From: Chrysomallon squamiferum | Taxonomy: Eukaryota; Animalia; Mollusca | Assembly (NCBI GenBank): GCA_012295275.1 | Contig: CM022665.1 | Span: forward strand, 47,244,001-47,308,000 | Direction: 5' to 3' | DNA length: 64,000 nt | Part shown: positions 28,101 to 43,907 of the stretch, piece after piece | Layout: each line of letters starts with the position of its first letter | Numbering within the stretch: position 1 is the stretch's first letter | Notes under the pieces: model-generated | The model's database searches: none | The model's input: only the letters and a program-made list of their open reading frames with translations | Told to the model about the DNA's origin: nothing | Translations under genes and position numbers: made by a program

Positions 28101-28873
28101 ATTAAGTCTGGAGGTTTTGATTATTTATATTTAGTCATTCAGTTAACAAATCAGTCACTTTTAGTCAGACTCTTGTAAGGTCAGATACTAGATAGTCAGA
28201 CAGAGAGTCAGACAGAGTCAGACAGATAGTCAGATAGAGAGTCAGACAGATAGTCAGACAGAGAGCCAGACAGATAGTTAGATTAAGAGTCAGACAGATA
28301 GTCAGATAGAGAGTCAGACAGAGAGTCAGACAGATAGTCAGACAAAGAGTCAGACAGATAGTCAGACAGAGAGTCAGATAGTCAGACAGATAGTCAGTTA
28401 GAGAGTCAGACAGATAGTTAGATAGAGAGTCAGACAGATAGTTAGATAGAGAGTCAGACAGATAGACAGATAGTCAGTTAGAGAGTCAGACAGATAGTTA
28501 GATAGAGAGTCAGATAGATAGTCAGACAGATAGTCATGCAGAGAGTCAGACAGATAGTCAGATAGAGAGTCAGACACAGATTCAGATAGTCAGACAGATA
28601 GTCAGACAGAGAGTCAGACAGATAGTCAGAGAGAGAAACAGTCATTCAGTCATACAAACTACCAGTCAGTGAGTTTCTCACTCGGACACACAGACAGTCA
28701 GACTGTCAGTTATGTAGTTAAGTCATACAGTGAGCTAATCAGTGAATCAATCACTCTCTGCCACTCACTCATTTAATCATTCAGTCAGTGAGATAGACAC
28801 AGATCAGTAACACAGTTACATCCACCATTTCTGATCAGCCCAGACATCTTTTTAAAAACTTATTCCTTTCTCT
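27909..28873. mobile_element. Fold-back/MITE-like element: ~150-165 bp inverted arms enclosing a 12-bp-unit minisatellite
   Basis: 27909-28074 is the reverse complement of 28725-28873 with few mismatches and one indel. An internal (GTCAGACAGA[T/G]A)n array spans ~28190-28640. No transposase and no clear TSD. Confidence 0.7.
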
Positions 28874-29717
28874 GTATGCTTTAAATTCATTTTTTCGTTT
28901 TATTTCTTTATTTTTTCTTTATTTCTTTCTTTCTCTCTTTCTCCTTTCCATTCTTTTCTTTTTCTTTTTTTTCTTTCTTTATTTTTTCTTTCTTTCTTTC
29001 TTTCTTTTTCCTTTCCTTCCAATTCTTTTTTTCTTTCCTTTCTTTTTTTTTTCTTTCTTTCTTTTTCTTTTCCTTTTTCTTTTCTCTATCTTTTTTTTTT
29101 CTTCTTCAATTTTTATTTTTATTTTTTCCCTTCTTTTTGTTCTTTTTTTTATCAATATTTACGCTGACATCGCGACACAGCCCACATTTTGATTATTTTC
29201 TGACAAGATGTATTTAAATATCCGTTCACTCTGAATATCTGGACTCACAACTCTGTTAAAACGACCTACCCTCAGGTCACCCGGTGGCCTGTACCAGCTC
29301 CCCTCCCCCCTCCCCTCCCCTCCATCCATCCCCCACAAGTACGTCTTTATCTCGGACGTCATCAAGATCAAGTCTGGTTAGAAATTAAAAAAATATACAA
29401 CACGTTTATCTCCATCGCGCCCAGTCTTGAATACCAGTGACACGTCAATAGGCAGCGACGTCGAATTAAAGTGTTAACAGCACCTACCTGACGATCTAAA
29501 TAATCTCAGCCAATTTCTCAGATCTGTGCAAGGGCTTTAGACCGTTACCAGTTCGCTCGCATTCGGGAACAAGACGTTAAAAAAAAAAAAATGCACTGGT
29601 TTGGCCGTCGTTGTTACGCCTACGCCAGTTTTCTACGTTCTACGTTCGGGTTACGCTCAATTTGACAGACGTTACACGCCAACAGTGCGAAACAGCGGAA
29701 TTCCTGACGCGCTCCGT

Positions 29718-29736
29718 TGGCCGCTAGGTGTCACTG
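29718..29736 (+). promoter_or_regulatory. CTCF-like motif
   Basis: TGGCCGCTAGGTGTCACTG, close to the CTCF consensus TGGCCACYAGRKGGCRCTR. Confidence 0.5.
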
Positions 29737-31001
29737 GTGAGTTCCGGTCTGCGTGAGTTTGGCAGTAAGTGGCGTGTGTGTGTGTGCGTGCACAGAAACT
29801 GATGACTTCTTTTTTTTTTATGAAAGTTATGAAAATAATAAACGACCTTCATGACAGCTACGGCCATTTTGTTTTGACACTGAATTTTTAAACACAGGTC
29901 TGTGGTATATATTTAAAATATTACACGCTTGTTATACTGACAGGAATATGATTTGTGACGTATTCATTTCTTCACTGCCATTCATCCGTATGAATGTGTC
30001 TTGTCAAACGTCAGTATTAATGCAGTAATGGTATGAGTGGTGGACGTATATTTGGTTCAAAAATTCTTTTGTTTCGTTTTCTTTATAATCATCATTTACA
30101 GTTGTCAGGTAGACATGGATCAGTGGTAAACTGCAGTTACAGTCATCATCATTATCATTCCAACGCCATTATCATCAAGGTTATTTTTCAAATTGTTTTG
30201 TAAGTTGAAAAAACACCTCGACAGATTTTTGAGCATTATCACTACCATAATTATCCTGAATAATGTCATCGTCATCATCATTATCATCATTACCATCATC
30301 ACCATCATCATCATCATCATCATTATCACCAGCAGAATTATCATTAAGCTTATTCACTAAATGGTTAATTTTTGTATTCAATAATGTAAATGCAAATCAT
30401 CTCTTTTAAGAAGCCATTACTTTTCTTTCTTCTTCAGTTCCTCCTTCTTTCTCGTGGAGCATCCATACAAATGTTTTGGGAAACCATAGTCAGAAAAATT
30501 TCAATATTTTTTCAGATGTTTTCCCGTTCTCTTTAAAATTTTATCATTTAGCTTTGTTCTGTGTCTTTGTTTACAAGATAGACTTTTAATATCCGATATT
30601 TATTATTTATAAAAGCTACTAATATTGCTTCTTTACGTCTACTACTATTACAACCGCTAGATGTACGTCTGCTACTACTCTTACTACAGCTACTACAACT
30701 GCTTCAGCTGCTGCTGCTGCTACTACTACTAAGAAATAACAGATGATATCAGAAAGTAGTGGGATGTTATTATACACATATAATATTATGTTTTTATTAA
30801 TAAAACTACTGAAATGAATACCTGGAGTTTTATCTCCAAACTGTATATTCGTGAAAGTGTTCAAGAAAATGAGTAATAAATACAAAAGACAAGAACAAAT
30901 TTGTTTTCCGTTTTCAATTTATGCTGGATGCAACAGGTATAAGAGCATGCAAAGAAATCTCTCCTGAAAACTACTGATGCCTTATTATAATATAAGTAAA
31001 A

Positions 31002-31032
<31 letters not shown>

Positions 31033-31725
31033 GTAGTTGAAGTAGTAGTAATAGTTATTGTTGTTGTTGTTGTAATAATAGTAGATATTCTACCAGTAGT
31101 AGTAGCTGTTGTAATTATAGGAGAAATTCTAGTGGTAGTAGTTGTAGAAGTAGTAGTACCAGAAGTAGAAATAATTAATTATAACTGTATTAGTAATAGT
31201 AGTACTGATAGTAGTAGTGATAGTGGTAGTTGTAGTATAGTAGTAGTTGTTGCAATAGTAATGATAACAACAACAACAACAATAATAGTAATAATAATGA
31301 TAATAATAATAATAATAATAATAATAGTAATAATAATAATAGTAATAATTAATAATAACAATAATAATAATAATAATAATAATCATCATCATCATCTTAA
31401 TAATCAGCATCAAAAATAAAAAAAAATCATTATAATCATCTTCGTTATCAGCACTAATTCACTCGACGCTAGAAAAAAAAAGTATAATGGTTGGAATTGT
31501 AAAAAACGGAGATTACTCAGCTTAGTTCTGAATCTTCTAAACCACAAAGCACAACTAATAAACACCTAATTAAAGTGATCGTAAAACAAAAATCACGCAT
31601 TATTGCTCGTGTTTTATTGACGTCGATACTGAAGGGGACTTTTTTCACGCGTGAATGTGAGATGTTTTATTACGTTACAACTTTCTCTCATTCTCACCTT
31701 CGTCATGTAGCGAAATAAACAAAGT

Positions 31726-32439
31726 CACCTGTTTTTTTTTTTTTTATATACCTGTTATTCACAGGTATTCTGTAAAGGTGTAAAAATTAATCACCTGTAT
31801 GTACCTGGTCACTACATACAGTTAAACACGTAGAAAGATAAATCAGCTGTTTTATACCTGTCTGTTACGTACAGTTAGCTCGTACTGATATAAAAGTAAT
31901 CACCTGGGTTTTTTTTTTTTTACCTGGTTAGCATCAACAATTAAACAGGTAGAAAAGGTAAAAGTACCTGTTTTATACCTGTCTGTTACGTGCAGTTAAC
32001 TCGCAGAGATATAAAAGCAATCACCTGGTTTTTCTACCTGCTCCTAATGCACGGTTACCTGTTACAGGTGTAATGATGGCTCATACCTGGTCCTAATCAT
32101 CCGAGAACACCTGAGAGAGGTAAATAGATTTGTTTTAATTGCCAGACAACGCCCTCCTCCTCATATCGTACAGAAACACATCACCAATAAACCAAATTAC
32201 AGGTAAATGCAGGTATTTTCCTCACTGCCTGCCTACCTGCATTCATCCTCCAAAGTTCAATAAACTAATTAAAGGTAAGTACAGGTAGGCTTTACCTGCA
32301 TTCATCCCGTAAGTCCAATAAAACAATTACAGGTGAAGTTCAGGTATAAACCTCTACCCGTCGTGTTTCTCCATCTCTGGTGTTCTCTACTGTTCTGGAT
32401 TACTGGTGGTTACATGTTAATGGGTTAGTGGATTACCTG
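31726..32439. promoter_or_regulatory. Dense cluster of CAGGTA/CAGGTG sites in a degenerate ~60/120 bp repeat
   Basis: 25 CAGGT(A/G) hexamers counted on both strands in 714 bp. Confidence 0.55.
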
Positions 32440-32809
32440 TTAATAGTTTGGTGGATTATTAGTTAATGTGCTGGGTGGGGTGGGTGGATCGCGCGGATGA
32501 ATAAGAGTACAAATATTCTCACGATGGTGGTAAGAAATGAAGTAAGTAAAAATAAAACTTAGAGTGTCTGATACTTTAACAGTGTCTGTGTAAAAACTGT
32601 GCTAGTTTCAGATTAATGAAAGTACGAATAAACTTTGGTATTGAACAGCAAAATTTTAAAATTTTAAATTATTAAACGGCTACACACCAACATATAGCAT
32701 CTTTGCGTACAGCATATATAAATATGAAATATACATATTCACATACGAATTTACACGTACATAGACTTATATAAATACACTTCAATAACATAACTAACCG
32801 TATATACAC

Positions 32810-32848
<39 letters not shown>

Positions 32849-35633
32849 ATACACACACACACACACACACACACATACATAACATAATTATATATATGTA
32901 CATAAATTCAGATAAACATACATACATACATAGATACATAGAGACAGACATAAATACATACATACGTACACACATACATGCACACATACATATATACATA
33001 CATCATGTTCACACATGCTCACGTACAAACATAGACACAGACAGAAAGACAGACAAGCATACATCTTAAACTATTTTCTCTTTAGAAATAAATATCAAAA
33101 TAATAATAAAAATTACTGTCTTTATTTTCTTAGGTTTAAATTTAATTAAAATACTCTTTATGATCGTTAAAATTCTCTTTGATATTTTAAATATTTAAAA
33201 TATTTAATTTTTTATTTTATTTTATTTTCTTTAATAATTATTTCCCCCTTTTAGACACGAGTAGTAAACACCTTGCAATTTAGTTTTTTATTTATTTTAT
33301 TATTTTTTTTATTTTTAACTACACTTTTATTTTTATACAGGTTTTACCTCGCTAAAAAGCCTTTGACGATTTTCTGCTTGGATTTTTAACTTCAAACACA
33401 ACAGTATCCTATTTCACAATGACTGGTTAACCCAATACGTCAGATAATTACAAATCTGTTTTCTGAAGAAGCTGTGAACTCTTAAAGATGTGATGTGTGC
33501 TTTCCTAGCTCAGACTAGAATATAATTAAATACACGTGTTATTGGTACTGTTATTGTTGTTGTTATTATTGTTGTTACTGTTGTTGTCGTTGTTATTATA
33601 TTTTTATTACTGTTGTAGCGGCAGTTGTTGTTGTTGTTTAACTAATATTGTTGATGTTACTACTGCTACTGCTGTTGCTATTACAACTTTTACTACTACA
33701 ACAAATATCTATATTACCACATCTTGTTGTTACTTCTGTTATTACTATATCTAGTAGAACTATCTCTGCTACTATTGTTACTACTGCTGTTAATTTAACT
33801 ACCACTACTAAAATAATAATAATATTACTACTACTGTTCTGCTACTACAACAACTACTACTAATACTAATATTACTGCTACTATTGTTATTACTACTGTT
33901 ACTTTGCTACTACTACTTCTATTTTACGACTGCTACTATTGCTACTACTACCACTACTACTTTTACTACTACTACCACTACTACTTTTACTACCACTACC
34001 ACGACTACTATTAGTACTACTACTACTAAGAAATATAAGATAATAAAACTGTTGAGCTGATTTTAGTTACACTTTTCATTTCACTTTTCACAAACGTGAC
34101 TTCTTCAGCTACGACTACTTTTAAAGTTTTCTCTTTACCAAATCACATCAGTTTTCTGACGCAAATTTTGAAAGGTTTCCGTTAAAACACTCTTCATGTA
34201 CGTCTAAAATACCTTGTCCAGTAAACTTCTGAAAGATTTCAAATTTGGATTTCTATTTAATTACTTAATTAAGAAAGAAAGAAAGACCGAAGGAAAGAAA
34301 GAAAGAAAGAAAGAAAGGAAACAAAGATGTTAACATACAAAGGAAGATTGAAAGAAATAAAGAAATAAAGAAAAAGTAAGAAAAAAAAAGAAAGAAGAAA
34401 CGAAAGAAAAAGAGAATGTGAAAGAAAGAAGTAGCGAAAGACAGAAAGAATTAAATAAAAATAATAATAATAATAAAAGGAAAATGATAATCTAATACTA
34501 ATTAAGGCCACGTTTAATGATTCGCAAATTTGTTCTTGTTTTCTAATAAGCGCTACTGTGTCAAATTTAATTATAACACAATTGCTGTAATCAGCATTTT
34601 TTTTTTCACGGTTGAGTTGTGTTGATTGTTTCCTTCACGCGGTAATGACTCGCTTCCAACAACTTGCCGCATCTCACAGGAAATATGTCTTTCTGCCTCT
34701 CGCCTCGTCTTCACGCCGGCAGGAAATGACGTCACGACGATTGCGTGACGTTCTCGCACACCCTTGTCACTCCGATCACTCGCACAATGTCGTCACTTTC
34801 CGCTGATTTCCTCGTCCGCAATCAAACCACTGAACTCGGCCACCACCGCCCTCTCGTTAACGTCACGACCGATAGCTCATCGCTTACTTGAACGATTTCT
34901 CTCGAAACCTCCCGGTTTTGCACTCGATGCCTTCTGGCGCACCCCTGTGGAGGAAAATAGCCACAGACAACGCGCGTCTTGTCGAGATATTATTTCCAGA
35001 AAACTCCCACTAAAAACAGAGCACTTAAGACAACCATAATAATAAAAAATATTAAAAAAAGAAGAAAAAAAAAAACCCACTGCCCAACGGTTATTTCGTC
35101 AATTTGATTTCGCAGATAGAAATTAACTCGCCCAGTTCGACGAATCATCTGAATAGCGAAAGGCGCAGACACAATGGCTGATAAACATCACTTAGGACAA
35201 ATCAGAACTGCGGTACTGAAACGTTAAACAAAAAAAAAAAAAAAAAAAATGCTGTTGCGCCCTGTTGGTTTCAAGAGGGTGCATTTATCTGATCTTTCTC
35301 TTCTGGAATAGTCGTTTGTGACCAGCACTCTCCCGCTGTTTCACGTGCAGCTACGTGGAGGGAAAGGTGCGCGCCGCGTGAAATTGCGGACACTTGTCAA
35401 AAGCGGACGACGTTAAAAAAGAAATCATCTCACAAACGCGGCGCAGAGGAATGTCGTCGCGGCAGGCCACGTCCAGGCCGGCGGGTGCAGTAACGTCGTG
35501 TCAGACGTCGCTGTGAACGGACATTTAGATTCGCGCAGAGATACGTGGTGGTTCACCGCGCTGCGGTGTCCCGCCGTGACAGTCCACGACGTCCACGTGT
35601 CTGCAGCATGCTTAAGTACATCGGTAATAGTTT

Positions 35634-36135
35634 TATACATACATACATACATACATTTATACATACATACATACACACATACATACATACATACATACAT
35701 ACACACATACATACATACATACATACATACATACATACATACACACACATACATACATACATACACATACATATATACACACACACACATACATACATAC
35801 ATACACACATACACACTTACATACATACATACACATACATACATACATATATACATACACACACATACATACATACATACATACATACACACATATACAC
35901 ATACACACATACACACATACATACATACATACACACACATACATACATACATTCATACATTCATACACACACACATATATACTACATGCATACATACATA
36001 CATACATTCATACATAACTACATACATACATAAATACATACATACGTACATACATACATATATAACATACATACACATACACACATATATACAGCTTGGA
36101 ATATATGGAATACATATATATATATATATACAAAC
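35634..36135. repeat. (TACA)n/(CA)n compound microsatellite
   Basis: Direct observation. Confidence 0.95.
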
Positions 36136-36237
36136 AAACACATATCTGCATGTAAATAATTTAAAATATTGTTGTGTACTGTAGATTTTTATACAGATTA
36201 ATAAAGTTTGGTACATATATATTACATTATTACAATA

Positions 36238-36304
<67 letters not shown>

Positions 36305-37397
36305 AAGAGAGAAAGAAAGAAAGAAAAAAAGCATGAAAGAAACCAGAACAAAGAAAGTAAAACACTCAAGAAAGCGAATAAATAATATTTTTAAACATTT
36401 TTTATTTTAGACGAATGAAGAAAAACGAAGAAGAAGAAGAAGAAAAGAAAAGAACGAAAAAGAAAAGGAAAAAATAGAAAAGAAAGAAGAAAGAAAAATA
36501 GAAAGAAAACAAATAAAAAGGGAAAAATATTGAAAAAAAAAGGAGAGAAGTTATAAAGAAAAAATATTAAAAAACAAATTTAAAAAACAACAACAACAAA
36601 AAGCATTTTTCGAAAGAAAAAGTAAGTAAAAACAAAGAAATATTTTTAAAAAGCAACAAACAAACGGAAGAATTAAAAAAACAAAAAATTTAACAAAAAG
36701 AAGAAACAAAAAAAAATAAAAAAAATATTCAAAAAAGAAGAAGAAAACAGATAAAAAAAAGAGAAAAAAAAAACGAAGAAATATTTCAAAAACAAAAAAG
36801 AAGAACCAAAAAAAACAAAAAAAAAAAAAAACAACGAAACGAAAAGAAACAATAAAAAAAAATATTTAAAAAAAAAATATATATATATATATTTAAAAAA
36901 AAAAAAAAAAAAAAAAAAGTAGAGACGTAATATAGAAATAAATATTTTTCCAAAAAAAAACAAAAAAAACAACAACAACCGTTGTGGTGTTTAGCACAAA
37001 GCTGAGATATCGAGTAACATCAGCGATAAGCTGACATCTCCTACAACTTATAATTATCACTATTTTATTACTGACGACATTTGTTCATCTCTTCACTCAA
37101 TTGTGCGATAAAACGCAACATTACACTCGCGCTGACGTCGTCGTTGTTGCTGTATTAATCTCCGTCAATGGCAGAACTCAGCTGAGCGCGACTGAGGTGA
37201 ACAGTGTCACGTATTAAATTATCTCCGACTTGCGGCGGCCCGGCTAACCACGTCGACGACGTCATAAAACGCACCTGCACCGTCGACAACGATATCGTTG
37301 CCGAGTGCACTGCACCGTGTGGCTGTCGTAAAACGCGTCAGTGTCGAGGTGTCGTCGTGGTCGTCAGCGTATATCGGTGACAATCTCAGCTCTAAGC

Positions 37398-38370
<973 letters not shown>

Positions 38371-39214
38371 TAATACACAACAGTTAGCTGTCCGCACACA
38401 CAAGACAGGACACCCTGTGCCCTTTATGCACCAACCAGGAAAAAAACCCAGACTGAAATCTTCTTTGTACCTGATTCTAATCTGTGAACCATACAGTGGA
38501 AAAAATACTGAAATTTATTATTTTTTAATAATTAAAAAAAAAATCTGTATTTTAATTTACACACTAACTGGTTTCTAAGATCAGATGTCGACTGAGCTGA
38601 GTGTCGTTCTGTCTGTGTGTCTGTTGTCGGGTGAAACGTCCATCCGAAATGAAAACCTGTATTTCGTTACGTCGTTTGCAACTCGGGGTAAATGAGTGGA
38701 CAAAAAACAAAGGTAAACTCAAAAACCCTTAGAACTTTCATTTGATTTATTGCTGAACTTATAAATCTCTGCATCAGATACAGTGCGAAATTAAAAAAAA
38801 AAAGTTGTTATAAATAATGAATTAAATAAAAGAAAACGTTGACTTATGACCTCGAAATGTTGATATCAAACGTTGTAGTTTATTAATCAGCATACTAGAG
38901 GTCATTAAACTTTACAGAGAAACTGTACTGACTAGGACACAGTATATAGGACACAGTGATATATAGACACACACACACTCTCACAAACACACTCACACAC
39001 ACACTCACACACTCACACACTCACTCACACACAAAAATGCATATGCATATGTATGTGTATATAGATATATAGACAGACAGACAGACACATAGATAAATAG
39101 ATGTATGTATGTATGTATGTATGTATGTATGTACGTATGCATGAGAGAATGATACAGAGAGAAAGAAATGTCAGTCAAAGTTTGATAGACACACACATAT
39201 ACATATATACATAT

Positions 39215-39260
<46 letters not shown>

Positions 39261-40044
39261 TACATTTAATAATAATAATAATAATAATAACAACAACAAC
39301 ACCAATTCATTTAGCGGCTAGAATACATCATTAAACAAGTTTAAATAAAAAGTTAATTATGCAGTAGCATAGGAACTCTCAGCAAGCTTTAAAACAGTAA
39401 CAACGACAACAACAACGTTAATAATATAATAATAATAATAACAAGATAACGTAATATAACAACAACAACAAATATTATAACAATAACAACAACAACAACA
39501 ATTACTCAACCCATAACAAAAAGCATGTAATATAAAATTAATCACCACCTAGTAAAAAACAAACAATAAAAAAAAAGACTAGTTTCTGTTCCACACTGAA
39601 TTATGTGCTGTATTTAGACGAAAAAAAAAAAAAAAAAAAAAAAAAATGGACTATTTGTCTGGATAATTACACAACGTGGGGACATGTTTGCTATTTTCTC
39701 TGTAAGCGGTGTCCCCGTTTTTTCTGTATACCCGCTGCAATTTCATCCCGGTTATTTGAACACGGTCACCAGCCACCGGTCCTCGTGTTTTTTTTTTTTT
39801 TTTTTTTTTGCTGGTATTCTGTTTCAGTGCGCGCGCTCTGTCTCCATTGAGCCGAGGTCTTAAGAAAACTTTGCGAATCACCAGACTTGTCAAGCGCTGG
39901 CTTGAGCCGTTGTAAAAAAAAAAAAAAAAAATGGCGTCTGTGAAAGAAGATACTGTTTTCCTTCGAGGACTTGTCATCGCGTCGCACTTCCCCTTCGACC
40001 AGACTCGTCATGCAACTTCTTTTTTTTTTTTTTTTTTTTTTCTG

Positions 40045-40075
<31 letters not shown>

Positions 40076-40229
40076 AGGCCCGGATCGAGGGGAGGGGTGG
40101 GATATAAAGGGTGGGGTGGGTGAGGGTGAGTGTGGACTCTTCTTCCCCTCCCCCAACAAAACTGCCGACACACGGGTTGTTATTTTTTTTTTTTTTTTAC
40201 AAGTTTTTCATGGACGTACGGGAAGTAGT

Positions 40230-40480
<251 letters not shown>

Positions 40481-40967
40481 TATAAACATATTAAACAGAA
40501 TAGTTGTAATTTATTTATGTTCATAAAAATAATATCAACACGTTTTCACATCACTGGGCTAAGCAGTAAAATCCAGCCTCACCCCCACGCACCAAGAAAA
40601 AAAAAAAAAAACCTGTCTCCTCTCACCCTCCTAGTTAATTAGGATCCGCCCCTGTCGCGTTGCTGTCACCGGCGACAACCAAGTGCACCCTAACGTCGTT
40701 CTAATAAAATATTTCTCAAAACGTAGCTCTTCTTACGTAGAAGACAAAAAAAAAAAAAAAAAAATTTAAAATTTAAAAAAAAAAAAAATGGAGTCATATT
40801 TCCTGACGGCGGACGGTAAAGAGTGCGTTCTCTTTGTGACGTCACATTTCTCGTGTCGGGCGCGTGGCATCACGTAGAAATAAAAAAAAAACGAAAAAAA
40901 ACAACAAAATAGAACGAAATAATAGCGCAAGAAACTTGTCGCAACAGACGAATGATTACATTACTTT

Positions 40968-41013
<46 letters not shown>

Positions 41014-42789
41014 AATAATAATAATAATCACGTGTTAACGAAATTTAACATTTCCGTGATAAGTTTCTGTCAGACAGAGCGAAGTGAATTAAATTAAAAT
41101 TAAGACACCGCTGGGAAATCTGTCACGGGTTTGCTGCGTGTGATCTGTACACGTTTTCAACAAACGAGGACGCGTTCGTCGTTTGCTTGACGACAATTTG
41201 TGTGTTTGTCGCTGACGGTGTGTTGACTCAGTTTCTGTGTACACAGAGGAGAACAGAACAGACAAACCTGCAGACGATCATAATGAGTGACAGTCAGTGA
41301 CACGTCACAGTTTGTACCACCGACAGTCACGGAATAAATTCGTTTGTTGCCCGACGTCGTCAACGTTGTCCCGCAAACTGCCCACGTGGTTCACAGACGT
41401 TTAACTTCTCGTACGCGATTATTAGAGAAAAACAGCGACTACGTCATGGCAAAACAGTGATGATGACGTCATAGAAAGACTAATGTGCCGTAATAACAAT
41501 GCAAAGATAACGTCATAGCAAGATACCGTAACGTCATGACGTAATAAACTTTAACGCCATAACAACATATTGTAACGTCACCGCGATACTAGTATCATTG
41601 CATAACAAATATATATATATTTTTTTTATTATTATTTATTTATTTATGTTTATTATTTATTTATTTATTTTTTATTTTGTTTTGGCAATAGATAATTATT
41701 TTGCATCTTATGGTAACACAATGTCAGCGTCATGCACTACAGTGACTACGTCATGACAACATCGAGAGCCCCTCGACAATACACTGACAAATTTATGACA
41801 CTATAACGACGACATAATCAGAATACACTTACCACAACAACGACAAGACAGTACACTGACAAAGTCACGACAATACGACAACGTCATAACAATACAGTAG
41901 CAGCGATACGACAATACAACGACAGTGTCACGAGAAAGCAACGGCAACGTCACGAGAATACAGTGACAGCTTCATGACAACACAATAACGTCATCTTCAT
42001 AAACACAAAGGCAACACTGAGGCAACGTCTTGGGAAAACAACAAAGAAAGTTTCTTTTTTCTTTATTCAAACACAAACGAATACCTCCTTGAAGAACTCT
42101 CAAACTATAATTAGAAACCGCGGGTTTACGCGCGTGCGCGTTGTCAAACTCTTCCACGGTAATTACAACCCGAAGTAAATATACAGTTGCACGCGCCAGA
42201 CAATAGTGCACGGATGTAATCATGGGTTCACGGTAATTTCAGACGTGAACTCGGGGAAATGTATGTTTCAAATTATGGAGAAGACGATGAATAAAAAAAA
42301 AAAAAACATACATTATGTTTCATTGTAGAGATACCGTGCTTAAAACTAGTTCACGATTACACACATTAAATAAAATGGTGATTCGGTACATTAAGTCAAA
42401 AAAAAGAGAGTATTTTAACTAGATAAACACAACAGTCAGCATTTTTTATTTTTTATTTATTTTATTTTATTTGTTTTTTATCCAGCGTAAATTTAAAAAC
42501 ATGAATTATATACAGATTTAAAAGCTTGTTTTATTTACTAAATATATTTTACATTGTAAAATGAAACGTAAACATTATCGTACCTTATTGACGGATTAGT
42601 GAATTTTTAAAGATGAATATGATATTTCGTACATGAACAGCGAAAATAAAATTTGTTATTAACGTAATGAGAAATTGAAAACATATGTTATTATGTAAAG
42701 CTAAAATCAACATCTAGATATTTAGCAATATGTAATTATTATTCTTGTTATTCTTATTCTTATTCGTCGTCTTCTTCTTCTTCTTCTTC

Positions 42790-42839
<50 letters not shown>

Positions 42840-43261
42840 GTTATTATTATTATTATTGTTATTATTATTATTATAATTAGTTATTCATTATACATACGAG
42901 TATGAGCTCACTGAGTATTATTTTGTTTTATGACAGTCGTCTGTATTAGGTTTCATATCTGTCTTTGTCTTTAAGCTGTCTGTCTGTCTGTCTTTCTGTC
43001 TGGAGCTTATTTTATCCCTATTTCTTTCTGTCACTCTGTCTGTCATTCTGTCAATGCAAATAAGTTTCTTACATGTACGCCTAGTTATCATCATTGTTTA
43101 TTTGTTCGTTCGTTTGTTTATTTATTTATTTACTTGTTTGTTTATTTATTTATTTATTTATTTACTTGTTTGTTCATTTTATTTCTTTGTGAAAATAATC
43201 ATAAATCGTGTTTTGCTCCTTTATTTCTATTTCTTTTATTTATTTATATATTTTTATTTTA

Positions 43262-43294
<33 letters not shown>

Positions 43295-43875
43295 TGGAAC
43301 TGTTTTCCCTTTCATCCCTCCCCACCCCCACCCTCTTACCTAACAACGCTTCATATCTAATAACAGTACCCCCCCCACTGTGTTCTGATCTTGTTACGTC
43401 TCTGTAACTGTTCTGTCAAACATCCATTTACAAACAAATCTCTACTAGAGCCTAGAATTCACCAAAGAAAACAACCGCCATGAAATAAACCAAAATGTAG
43501 TAGATCCGACTTCAAAAAAAAAAAAATCATTTCGGTTTAATTTGTAAACAAAAGCTGAATGGTGTAGACAGGTCATTATGTATTGTCCAGTTCTGACTTT
43601 GACCTGTCCAGCAGACGAACGTTCGCAGCAGGGGGGGCTTTGTTTGATCTAGGGTGGGTAACGTTAGATCTGTGAACTGGAAAAGTCGGGGGGATGGGTG
43701 GGTGGGGGGAGTGGTCTTCTACAGCTATTAATACAGTCTATGGAATGAATTAAAACGAAAATCGTTTGATCTCGTACAAAGGAGGGTAAAAGGATCATAG
43801 AAGAATTGAGCGATCCTGAAACGGGATATCTTTTTTTTTTTTTGTTATTCAAATTTCATGTTAACTGTTTCGTTG

Positions 43876-43907
<32 letters not shown>

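Noticed and set aside
31946-32288. Four CAGGTAG (Zelda TAGteam) heptamers
   Set aside because: Zelda is known from insects and related arthropods and the host looks non-arthropod. They are a minority of the CAGGT(A/G) cluster, which is better explained by ZEB/Snail-type factors.
40641-40653. GGATCCGCCCCTG resembling a DNA-transposon terminus
   Set aside because: No matching opposite terminus found nearby.
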